64,000 bases of DNA from Perna viridis (Eukaryota). This document shows, in pieces, positions 52,315-64,000 of this stretch. Each line of letters starts with the position of its first letter. Positions within the stretch are counted from its first letter, which is position 1. The stretch lies in contig CM074513.1 of assembly GCA_037379345.1 (NCBI GenBank), forward strand, positions 11,470,001 through 11,534,000, read 5' to 3'. The notes under the pieces are model-generated. The model made no database searches and was not told where the DNA came from. It saw only the letters and a program-made list of their open reading frames with translations. The position numbers and the translations under genes were made by a program.

Positions 52315-53215
52315 TTCTGATATACCGTCTAGCAACATTTGAATTGTGTATATTGCTTTATATCAGTGTTAAGTTTAGAAATATTTATAGTCAATGAAAC
52401 CTTTAAGAGCAAATTTTAAAAAAGTGACTGAAACTAATTTAGTTTTGCAAACTGTGTTTTCTAGTGTAAAATAGGCATATAAAAGAAGAAACACTTTCTT
52501 GTGTGAAATCGATATCAAATTGTCAAAAAATGACACATTTGATAACTAAACTTCTTTATGTCATCTCTTTAACCTTTATATTACCAATACTCATTTTGAG
52601 AGCTCTGTTTTTACGAGAAAATGACCAGTCTCGTCACCGACAAGACCCTATCAGGTGACTGTGGCATCAAGCTCCGAAACAGCGTCTGACATTCGAAATT
52701 TCTTCTTGACGCTGCAGCCAGTCCTCTCAGAAGATGCAAGAACCTTGCAAAGTCGAGAAAAAGTGAATGATTTTACGCGATGTTATCCAATTGTTATGAA
52801 AAGTATCCGAGAATTTGGAAAGGCCTGTCTGCAGCTGTTAGTAAGAGACCGAACGAACGTCTGCACCTGTGTGGAGATTGCTGTGTCATAGCACACTTGT
52901 TCTCAAGTCGAAACATCCCAAAACAGCTTATGATTCCGGTTGTCCCTTTAGTTATGTTGTTTTAATCCCTTATTGTAGTAGACTATTGAAAAGTTTTAAT
53001 TTTACATACAAGTATATTATATATTTTCAAGACATCTTCATATTTAAAAAATCGCAAATCAGTCTAATATTGGTTCAAATCATCAAATTACGGAAATGAA
53101 CTGTGGCACTTTGAATGTCTTTGTCGTTAGCAACTTTTGACGATGTTGAAAGAAAGAATGTGTATTTAAAGCGTCAAAAAGACTATATCAACAATGATAG
53201 TTAGCTCATATTCAT

Positions 53216-53228
53216 AATAAAAAATAAA
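53216..53228 (+). terminator. Candidate polyadenylation signals for the GPCR
   Basis: Two adjacent AATAAA hexamers (53216, 53223) about 0.9 kb after the stop. The AT-rich background weakens this evidence. Confidence 0.35.
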
Positions 53229-56200
53229 AAAACGCATGTTATATATTTATATTTCGATAGCTTTGAATCAAAATGAAAACATCGAACATTTAGAAAGTAA
53301 CGAAGTTTTGTTTATTTGAAAGAATATACTAGCATAATTTATCTATTCACCGCTAGATGGTGGTAATAAAAATTCTTAGTTATTTTTTTTTTTTAATTAT
53401 CAAACAGTACTATTCTCCAATCTATATAGCGCGTTGATGAGACGACTCTAACACTACACTTCCGGTGAAACGTTTCTCCATGCAACTCTCCCTGGTTATG
53501 ATATATGGAAATTGTCGTGCATCAGTAGTTAGCGTATAAGATTCTATTTCAATTACTGCTTGTGATTCCCTTCTACAAAGGCTTGTCCGCAAACAACACA
53601 TTTATGTTTCAGTTCAGTAATCCATCTAGTCCGAGATAGAAACAATCTTAAACGAAAGTGAAAATATTTTACCATAGTACTAGTAAAGGGCCACAGCATG
53701 AGAGTAGAACTTTTCAATGCAAAAGATAGAAATAAATCCTTTTATTCGGTTAGGGGGGGTATCAATTACTATTGTTCGAAGTGAAAGTGAACAACAAAAT
53801 ACGATGCTCAACATAACAAAATTAAATGTTATAATTAACATGAACTTGACAAAATTTAAAACCGAATACAACATCTTTTAACCTAAGAAATGGGCATAAA
53901 CACTTCACCAGTTAGACATAAGGGATTTCTTTTTACAATTACTGAGTCACAAATATCGAACTCAAAACAGAACTGTTGCATTCTCAAGCAATGAGAATTC
54001 CATGATTTTTACGACATGTACATACATGTAATATCCTCCAATTGTCCGTTGATTATACAGTGAGAATGTTAGTGAAACGCCCATTATTTCCTGGGATCAC
54101 TCAAGCCTTAGACGATCAATTCACACGTTCTGCTTCGGTTACAAGTTTTGATTTTCAGAATTTTTTAACAATTATATTTATTTTCGGTTCATATATTAAT
54201 CTTTTATGAAACAATATTCTCATCAACGATTATTACATCAAAATAGCCAACAATAAATATCTTTAGTATGTAGACATTAATATAAGTATCGGCATAGCTT
54301 TATATATTTATGCTTCTGTTTTGAATTGCAGGATTAAAACATGTTCATGTGAACAATATGTTCTTCGGTCCACTTATATGACTGAGTCTCGAATTTTCTC
54401 CAACCTCTAAGTCTCATACTATTACAGGCGCGTTGTTCGGCAACATTCTATTTGTGTACACGAGATTACACCGCATACTACATATATTTGACTGATTAAA
54501 ATATTCTCAGCATAAGCTATAAACATTAATCGTAAAGCATATGAAATTTTATTCCTTGTTTTAATGAAACGAAATGGCTTCTAGTCTATAAAATATCCAA
54601 TAAACTCCATTTGTGAAGTTTCTGATATTTAAGATCTGCTTTAAAGTAGGATACATTTATTTCAGACGTATGGAATCAAAAGCTTGAGGCTTAATTTGAT
54701 ATAAATTTACGACCAGACTCGTTAATAAATCAAATATTTGGAAGCATATTTTGCATTGCAGATTTTAAACGTTATTCAGCTGAAGTAGATTGAAATATGT
54801 GCAAGTTTATCGAAGTCGACTGATACTTAAAAATAAAGTGTGTGTATGAGCTTTAATTTTCATGTACACGTTTTCAATAAATAACTTAATTGGGACTAAA
54901 ATAGAAAGCAAATCCAGCTATTATAGCGGAGGTGCTGCATAAATCATTCTTCCTCCTCCCATAATGGAAATGGACTAAGGCAGTGTAAGATCATGGTAAT
55001 GTACAGTCTATTAAACGCAGGTAACGTCTTCTAGACGGGTTCAACGCATCACAACTCAAACGGAATATTATGATAATTCAACTTCATTTGTGACAAAACT
55101 TCCTAGAAATGAATGTTAGGTTTTAGATCCTGCAGTGCTGAGTTCTTAATTAGTTGTGATTTCTATAATTTATAAATCATTCGCTAGTCGTTGTCAAAAA
55201 TTATAAACAATCCGTAGAACTTAATATTATCGATTTCAATTCAAGTTACACTTTTACTCCTTAATCTCAAAATATCTAAAATGTACATGTATTTATCTTT
55301 GTTTGTTGTTTGTTGTTTTGTTTTTGTTTTTGTTTTTGAGACTTTAATTCATTGAAATTGACAGCCGGAATTTACATTGCAAATTGTGCCATTTAACAGA
55401 CATGAGATGGCTGTCAATTTAAATAGGGGTTCCTAATACGTTATTCAAAATTGTTGGTTTGAATATACGATGTCGAAAATAGATGGAATAAAGCAGATCC
55501 TTTAATCGGGTCTATCTTTTATGGGCTCTTTCTTTTGTCGAAGCGATGGTAACCAAGTTTGTTTGCGAAATGTGCATGGAATAAATTGTCATTACTGAGA
55601 GTGTAGAAGATGAAAACCCATTCATAATATATGAAGAAGGCATATATGCTAATCTAGGACTCTTTTGTTATAAATGGCAGTCGGTTCAAATGAATACAAG
55701 TTTTCATCACAACAGTCACACATGAAATTGCAGCCTTGACTACATGGTCATTAATTGCCATGATCGTTGTTCGGGAATTTTATAATAGAAAGAATCAAAC
55801 TTATACCACTCCGTAAATGATATATCAAAGCTATCCAAGACAAAAATACCATAATCAGACAAATCAACTGATTTTTGTAGTGGTGTCTCGACAACGACTA
55901 GAAGTTTACGTTGCTTCAAAATCAATTTTAGGGTAAAATGCCTACAAAGAATTAAAAATGACTGAAAAACAATTGCCTTGTTAGACAGGAAATAATGTTT
56001 AGGGAAAATAATGGTAACAAATACACCAACTTTTACTTAAAGCTTTTAGTTAATCAGAGAAAGCACTATAAAAGATAAAATTTAATTACAACAATCTCTC
56101 AAAACAACGCTGATTACTTGTGATCATGTAAAGTGGAAGCACATTAAGTACGTTTTAAGATAAGGTCACAGAATGATAAGGCAGGGCTGTGTAGATGATT

Positions 56201-59200
56201 GTGGTTGATCTTGCTCCGAATCATGAATTAAAGATTGTATAACTTCAGTTTTTTGCGCAACCTAACCAAGAAATAACATGCAGTGACTTTTTACGACAAA
56301 ATTGCACCGTTTACTGTTCGGTATAGATTTATTTAAAGGCCTCTTTTACATGAATTTACCAACGAACTGTGAACGACCTGGTGCCAGGTTCATATGCGCA
56401 TACACCTTTTAACTATTCCGTTCAGTTAGATAAAGTTTAAGTTTACCAAAGACGCATTTATCCGGTTTCAGATTATCTTTCATACGCATCGAAAACAATT
56501 GTCTCCTTCAAATGTTAAAAAAACACCTAATGATGCGTTTGCTCAAACACCTTTTTTAAAACGTAGTATGGAAAATGCATTAGATCTACGTTTTCTGTAA
56601 CGTTTAAGTTTTAACATGTTCCAAACAAAAGTGTACTGTATAAATGAAGTTCCTCTTATGAACTTTAAATATCTATATCTAGAACATATTAATGATGAAG
56701 TACTTGTAAACCCGAGATTAAGTGTCAAATTAATTTAAGCTAAATGTTTTCGTGTGGATTCTAATATTCCTGGCCATGAATTTTTACGTCCTCGAACTTC
56801 TCCACATTTTACACTTCATATGAATTCACTGGGAATCACTGAGTATCAAGATAAGATACATTTTCAATATTGCACTTCAAAACAAAACTATTTGAGCAAA
56901 ATCCCCCAGTAAATGACAACATATTGAACCCTGATTTTATAACTTTCATAAATGTTTCTACACTTTGAAATTTGGGGTTGGAGATACATGAAGAAAAAAT
57001 TAATCCCACAGACTGGAGGCGGTTGAACAAGGGCCTTATCCTAAGGGAGAAATGAGCAGAAACTTCTCCTTGTTTGTTCCCAATTTTCCCATTTTCATTG
57101 ACAGGGACAAATCTTCGGAATACAAATGTAGATTAAATGGACAAAAATGTCAATATTGCTATTTTTCACACAGAAACAAATATATGAAGTGCTAAGAAAT
57201 TAGGCTTCATGTTTGTATAGTTTTATTAAGAGATATTGATATGTGAATTTAAAAATGCTTCAAACTAGACAAACATGTACATGCACCAGTTTGTTTCATG
57301 CTGAAATAATGTCAGAGCACACAAAATGGTTTGTTTACAGTTTTGCTTTGTCCTCACGTCGTTTTCTGTGTAATGATCACTGAAAAAAGAACCAGTAGCA
57401 GTGTATACATCATGCAAAATGTAACAGTCTTTGATAAAAGCAATGTTAGTAAGTTTAAGACATAACAATACTTAGTAACTTACATGTAAAATTCATGCAA
57501 ATATACATATATTTTATTCACATGATATGGAAGTACAGAAACCTCCTTTTAGTAGGAAGTTTTGTTACATGTAAAAAATGATACCCGAATATTTACGTAA
57601 ATTACGTTAATTCGACAATTCGACCTCAAAGACATTTCGGACCATGACAACATATAGTTCCTTGCCTAAGGTAGACATTTCGGCCCATACATTTTTTGGA
57701 CCATAACAATAGGAGAATGCACAATGACTATAAAAACCGTATATTATTACAGATTTCACTATTTTGGAAGTTAATAATAACAGGACTGACAAAATTATGA
57801 AAGGGTGTTACAATTCATATGTTATTTCGGGAGCGTTTAAGATTTCACCTTTCTCATATTAGAGTATGCATATATTTTTGTTCATATACTATCCTGTTTA
57901 CAGATATTAAAATGTGAACTAAAAATTTTTAAAAGATATATGACCACCGTTCTACGGTAGCAATTTTACAATCACCAGTTTTGAGAATTTTAAACCATTG
58001 TGTACATACAAAGTACATGTATATGCACCAATAATGTATACCTTTAACACTTACTTTTGTATGAATGTCCCTGAAAATCAGCATTGATGTAAGGTCTACT
58101 TCAGGGTGCTTTGTTATCCGTCACATTTTCCATGTATTTTCATGGATATGTCTAACCTAATTGACTGTGTCTTTCTTGTGTCATGAAAAATCATGCATCT
58201 TACTTTCTGATCAGCATTTTAAACGATTGTATCTGGTATATCTTGAAAATGTACTGAAAAAGAACCATATTGATAATTTAATTAATGCATGCATGGATTA
58301 ACAAAAATGTATTGCACAATATAAAGTCCATGCCAGTGTCGGATCCAAGGGACAGTTGCAGGGGGGTTGGCATCCCTCTTTTTTCATTGAAAATTCGCAT
58401 TTTAATGTGTAAAATTGACAAAAAATGTAAATAATGACTTAGCTCCCTTCTTTTTTCTAAGGAACCTCGTCTAAAAAATCCGTCTTTTGAAACTCTCGAT
58501 AACTTCAATAAGAGGGAAATATGAAAAAAAACTTCTCGATTTAGTTTCTGACGTGCCTGCAAATGTTTGACCTGCGTCATATCAATTCGAAAAAATAGTC
58601 CTCTCGCTGAGTCAAAATTCGAATAGTTTTAAATAAGCACATAATCATATATATATAGTCAATCAACAAAAATTACAGAAAGTTCAGACTGTTGTCTTCC
58701 TTGACAAGAAAACATGATAAAAAGAAGAAATGGTATAACTGCAAGTTTTAGCTTACTTTCTAGAAAGACTTATTGAAATAACTTTGTGATAAAGATGACT
58801 TAATCAAGACAAAATGAATAACAAGCCATTACAAAATGCATGTGTCAAAATTACTTTACAAAGTATCGTTTTTAAGCAATTTTCATTAACTTTCTTACAA
58901 AACTCAGAGGTTTTTGCATGGTTTTTTCGAATCAGACATATAGACCACATGTTCTGCAAACGAAATGTTTATCAAAGTTGTCTTAATACAACATGCTGTT
59001 TAAGTTGTTGAAGAATGTGGCCAAAATCTCCTGCAAACAAATTTCATCATTCAATAAATTCACACATTTTGGCTCCAGTTCGTACTAAGGATTCCATGTT
59101 ATGTGTGGAAGAAATTCAACATGCAAAAAAAGTTGTTGTTTTTTTTTTGGAGGGGGGGGAGCAAAGTATGCACACGTTTTATTTAAAATTATAAAATTCT

Positions 59201-61185
59201 CATACATTGTACGTATTTGACTAAACTTGTTTTCAGGACCGAAATTGCTAAAAACCGAATAAACCGAATAAAACCCTTTCAGCATTACGGCCTTTGTACT
59301 TTTAAAATGTATTTTAGGTTCCTCTGAAACTAATACTTCTGCTTGTAATTGTATACTTGGAACATTTTGCTACTTAAATAATCTTGAAGCACGACAAAAC
59401 GTATGTAACAAATATCAAATCAAGTTCTAACAGTACGACGTATCCTATTATCATCCAGACATGTTCACTCATTTTTTATGTGTTTGCACAAATAGAATGC
59501 AACCATTGCAGAAGCTGTAGTGTTTTGTTTATTGTGGACAACTTAAGAAAAGTAGAAAAGTGAGTTGAACGTGGGTTGCCTTTAACATACAACTTTCTTC
59601 TTTTCATGATATTCCATTGTTTACTACTCTATGTTTTAAAATGTATTTAAACACCATGAAATTCGTCAACTTATCTCTATTTTTGTTTTTGTTTTTTGTT
59701 TTTTGGCGAATGTTTAGAAACACAGCACATACAAATTTGCCATTTATGAAAAGTGTTAAACATTCAGAGGTGTCAGTATGTATAATTAAAATCAGGTTAA
59801 ATAGCTCTAAAGGGTAAATGATAGTAAGAGCGAAATCATGCCAAGTTATTGACTTAAATGCAATTTATTTCAATTTATTTCATTTAAAGACAATTCTCAC
59901 AGTCAAATAAATGCGTTTAATGTAAGGAGTTGAAGTTCCATTACCAAACCAGTGCCACACCACTTTCATGCTTTTGATATCATATTGTCAGTACTGGTGG
60001 TGTTCAAAAATGTAAATTTGTCAGAAATTAGCAAATACTATGTTTATCATTTGCCGAAACAACTACTAGTACAACACTCCCTGGGTTTTTCAGTAACAGA
60101 CATAACTTCTCTTAAAATTATGAACAGTGGCCTTATAAATGCCAAAAGTCCGTAAATATTTGTTTCACCAACTTCACAATTTAGTGGGAATTCCTGGTTA
60201 AAGACTTATTAAATTGTTCGTTTTTTTCTGTTTGTTTTTTGTTTATTTTGTTAATTATTTTTGCAGTTTGTTATTTAAAAAGTTTAATACGTGCAACTGT
60301 TTCAGGAACTAACATAACATTATTGTAAAAGATGGATGTTCTCAAATACAGCTTTTTATTGTTTATTTTTTGAGAGTTATTATAGTGGAACTTCTGAATG
60401 AGATCATAGGAAGATTAAACAGACAATGTTTGTTGATATGCGTCATTGTTAATCCTGAAATCATATCATTATCCGATTAAATTATGTAATTTATTTGGGT
60501 CGTACAACAGATATTCTTGTCTTGAAAGACTGAAAGCACTTCAAGATATGATATTGATCTAGAAAAATTGCAAAAAAAAACAGCCTCAACGACCTAGGTT
60601 TCTCCTCGAACTCCTTTCATATATATATTCTTTTTAATTATGCTACGGTAAACAGATACAAAGGTGTCCACATACAAGATCATTACTGAAGAAAATATCA
60701 TTTGTATCAATCAAAGCAATTAGAGATCGTTACTTTTTTATTATAAAAATGCATGGATCCTAATGTTATGATTGCGGTTAATATATGATAATATGTATAA
60801 CAAGATGCGATTGTTTTGATTTTTTAGGAGGTCAAACGAGGTTTTACGAGTCGTGACACTGTTAGTCCATGCTGATGCCATAGTCGTACTGCAGAAAGTT
60901 CCACTGTATAGAGTACACACATATAAAATGCTATTCAATTCCCCGTCAAAAGCATCTCACATGCACAAAGACTATATTACGAACATGAGTCTATTTTTTT
61001 TTAAAAGTTTACAGGAAGGTTTAGAAAAATGCGACAACATTCACTTGAAGTATACAGTCACCTGTAACGTATGGTTATTGTTGTTGAAGAATCTTTAATA
61101 CTTCTAGTAGAATAGTATACTCAACTTTACAGGTAAGCTTCCAAGATATGATAGTTTTGGTTCATTTGGTTCAGCTTTTTAGAGA

Positions 61186-61478
61186 ATTAAGTAGCTATCT
61201 TTGTAAGAAGCATGCAAAATCTGAAAAATGTGATACACCCCAAAAAAGGCTACGTATTTTCATTTTTGTAATTAAGTTGTTTTATGGGTCAATACTATGA
61301 AATGTGTAATTATTCATTCAAATCTGCTTGCTCTTAGGAGATAATCAACATTGAAAATCCAGTAGATTCTATTGTATTTGAGCGTCTATATTTGTATTAC
61401 AGAGTTATCTCCCTTAATTTTGAAATCTACAGTGCATTCTATATAATTTTTATCTCCTAAGAGCACGGGTTATATGAA
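61186..61478 (-). repeat. Interspersed repeat R2, inverted copy
   Basis: Reverse complement of 8375-8650 with scattered substitutions and indels. Confidence 0.8.
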
Positions 61479-63597
61479 AAACCACATATTATTTTCTGTT
61501 TACTATGACATTTCAAACAAAATATCAAAAATAAAAATATGTAGGTTTTTTACCCATGAATCACATTTTGCATAATTCTTACCTGGAGTGCTACTTAAAT
61601 GACATTAGAAGCAATCTTTTTGACAAAGAAAATTTATTATCTCTGCAATGTTGTATACTGCTGATCTTCTTGTATTTAGGTTGCACCCAAATGAGCTATT
61701 CGGAACCCAGAACCCTCTTGAATGACTTGATACAATGTATTTGATTCGTTTCGAGTATTCAAATGTCAACTTCTGTTTGAGAGATCTTAGTCCTCTAGAT
61801 TTACGCCTTTCAAGAAATACCACATATGATAAAATATCAGCAAAGACATCGAACAAGTTAGTCATATAATCTTCAATCTATTCTAAAAAGCTTTTAACGT
61901 CTGTACCATCCATTAAACAGAGACAGTCGTAAAAAGATTGAAATTTTATTATTTATTTTCCTTGAAAAAATATCTTCAAAAGACTTCAAATGTTTGCTTG
62001 CAACATCATTTAATTAGATGCATTAAAGAAGAATTGAAGTATCTTTTCTTTTAGTTTTATATTACTAATAATGCATTATTCAAGTTTGTTTGGTTTTAGA
62101 ACAATGTAATTGTTTTGGGGAATAGGGTTTTGTTAAATCTTGTGTCAATCTTCAAATATTTACATTCCTTTAATGTTTGCTTGCCGTCATTGTTTTGAAA
62201 TTTGCAAACTACCAAATTGTTTGATCAGTTTTTGTTAACGTCATATTTTATTGTATCTTGTGAGTCCAAAGAAAATGGATTCAAACTCCCAGATGAATTT
62301 TATGTATTTGTGTTTCATTTTATTAGATGCCTGTTTTATGTGATGATAAGCCTTCGTGATTCTTTTGGTTTCCAAATTTATTCTGCTTTAAAATATCGGT
62401 TGATTAAAAACCATATTTGTAATGAATCAACTAAAATATCGTATTTATTACAGCTGGCCCCAAAACATCACTATACACAGGTAGAGTGGAATAGTTGCCC
62501 CTATATCCTCAAGTAATAAAGCAATAAAAAAAAAATAAAGGCGAAAACGAAAAAAGACATACAGAGGATAGAAATTCTTGACTTTGAACATTCGCAAAAA
62601 ATGCGGCGGGGTTAAAGTACTTTAGTGTAATTACTTTCCCTTTAAAATCTTGCAAATGTGGAAAAATATTAAACAATTAAACACACCTAAAATCAGTTCA
62701 AAAGGTCTGAGTCCCTTGTTACAACGGAAATAAAGAAGTTGAATATAAATTACACAAATGTACAAACTAAGGACTACTAGCAGTTCAATGACATGCCAGC
62801 ATCAGAGCAGTTTAAACCTACAGAAAGTAAGGTCACAATCGTATGTTATATTATGTCCCAATTCTTCCAATGCGGGTTTGAGAACCACGGTACATCATAA
62901 GTCATACAATAAGTCATTAAATATAGTGTTGTAATTTCTATGCAAAGTCCCTAATTGTGACACAGTAGGACAACCGGAAGCCCCTGCGTTAGAAAATATC
63001 TAATCACAGGTGGTTGCTGAGGAAGCCAACATGGCGGCGTTTTTTCAGGAAAATTTTGGGACCCACCTTTTTCCAAATTTCCAGACTGTTACTGCTTAGA
63101 TAGAAAATCAGACCTGCCTGCTAGAATATCATAACATGGGACATCCGAGAGCCACAACTAGTATAAACTCAGTAGCATAAGAATAATCTTTTAATATCTG
63201 ACTAAAATTGCGTGCCAAAAATTAGTATTTTTTTTATTTGGCAAAAATCGAAGCGATGAAGGAAGCTTCGTGACTCTCGTAAGGAGTACTCGCAATGAAA
63301 TCTTCTGATTTCAAAGATTTTCTTGAGCCCATAATCGCTTAAATCCCTGAGGTAACATTTTTTGTACCTAATATGAAAAGTCATCTTTTTTACGAAAATA
63401 TTCGGGATTTTGGGCCCGTCATGTAAGTAACATTTATTTTCACCTTCTCTCAAGGATTGCGTCCCTTAAATGTTGTTATTTTGTCAATGAGCGTCAGTAC
63501 CTTCCTCACCGAAATAAATAACTGGATTGCACAGAGTCCATCAGTTTTCAGTACAGTAGCGAATCCCGAGTTTTAGGTAGGAGGTGGGGGCAAAATA

Positions 63598-63900
63598 AAT
63601 TTATACATGATGGTGACAAGGAAACGTGAACACCTAAAAACGGATAGTTGACAATAGGGAAGGAAAAATCATCTCTTATATCGTAATTACTATTATCATT
63701 ATGAATACTAAGATAAAAAAAAAACTGACAAACTTTATCATCAATATTTGCTTTATTCAAAGACAGTTCTGCAAGATATATATCTTTAGTATAAATATAG
63801 AAGTCATCATTGTTTAAAGCCAAAATATCGTCCAATTATATGAAGGTGTTATTGATTTTTTCTACCAAATGTTTTTGGAAGAATCTTAAATTGTGATTCG
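63598..63900 (-). mobile_element. Penelope-like RT remnant of a different subfamily
   Basis: LDDILALNNDDF..Y.KDIY..EL.LNKAN...YDIRDDFSFPIVNYPFL...LSPS, homologous to but distinct from copy B. Confidence 0.85.
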
Positions 63901-63912
63901 GAACAGTACAGA

Positions 63913-64000
63913 AAGAGTAATCAAGGGAACCAAGGATCTAGCAGTAATCAAAGGAATGAAATCCCGGGACAAAGACCAGACATGGAAAACAGACATACAC
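63913..64000 (-). mobile_element. Naiad-type copy M (3' end; runs off the window)
   Basis: AAGAGTAATCAAGGGAACC...GGGACAAAGACCAGACATGGAAAACAGACATACAC. Confidence 0.9.

Noticed and set aside
51843-52338. Antisense ORFs over the GPCR
   Set aside because: Short shadow frames of the real coding strand, with no independent features.
52621-52965. 114-codon frame interrupted only by two TGA codons (possible selenoprotein)
   Set aside because: No recognisable fold or redox motif around the TGAs and no clear SECIS. This is expected by chance in a GC-richer patch.

Overview
AT-rich (roughly 70% by eye) eukaryotic genomic DNA; the repeat content points to a mollusc, probably a bivalve (inference). There is one convincing host gene: an uninterrupted 405-aa class A neuropeptide GPCR of the myosuppressin-receptor/DMSR type (51097..52314, +). 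It begins 111 nt after a strong splice acceptor, so the upstream 50 kb may be largely intron or 5' region. The rest is non-coding DNA with many retroelement remnants. The dominant family is a Penelope-like element whose ORF ends right after the RT domain, with no C-terminal endonuclease (Naiad-type architecture). It is present as about 14 5'-truncated copies in both orientations, plus several older relatives. The copies share an exact, non-polyadenylated 3' terminus (...TTCCCTTGATTACTCTT) and a 101-nt multi-stem element closed by a 13-bp helix. Diverged relatives in the window preserve that pairing through compensatory changes, making this candidate RNA element the most interesting signal. Also present: an RTE LINE with an 18-bp target-site duplication nested in an old Penelope-like copy, a GC-rich SINE-like element with two outward-facing retroposon tails, a Helentron-associated-like element, mini- and microsatellites, and an in-frame uORF with a second acceptor in front of the GPCR. 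Most short ORFs in the track are noise. Coordinates of degenerate remnants are approximate and identities were judged by eye.
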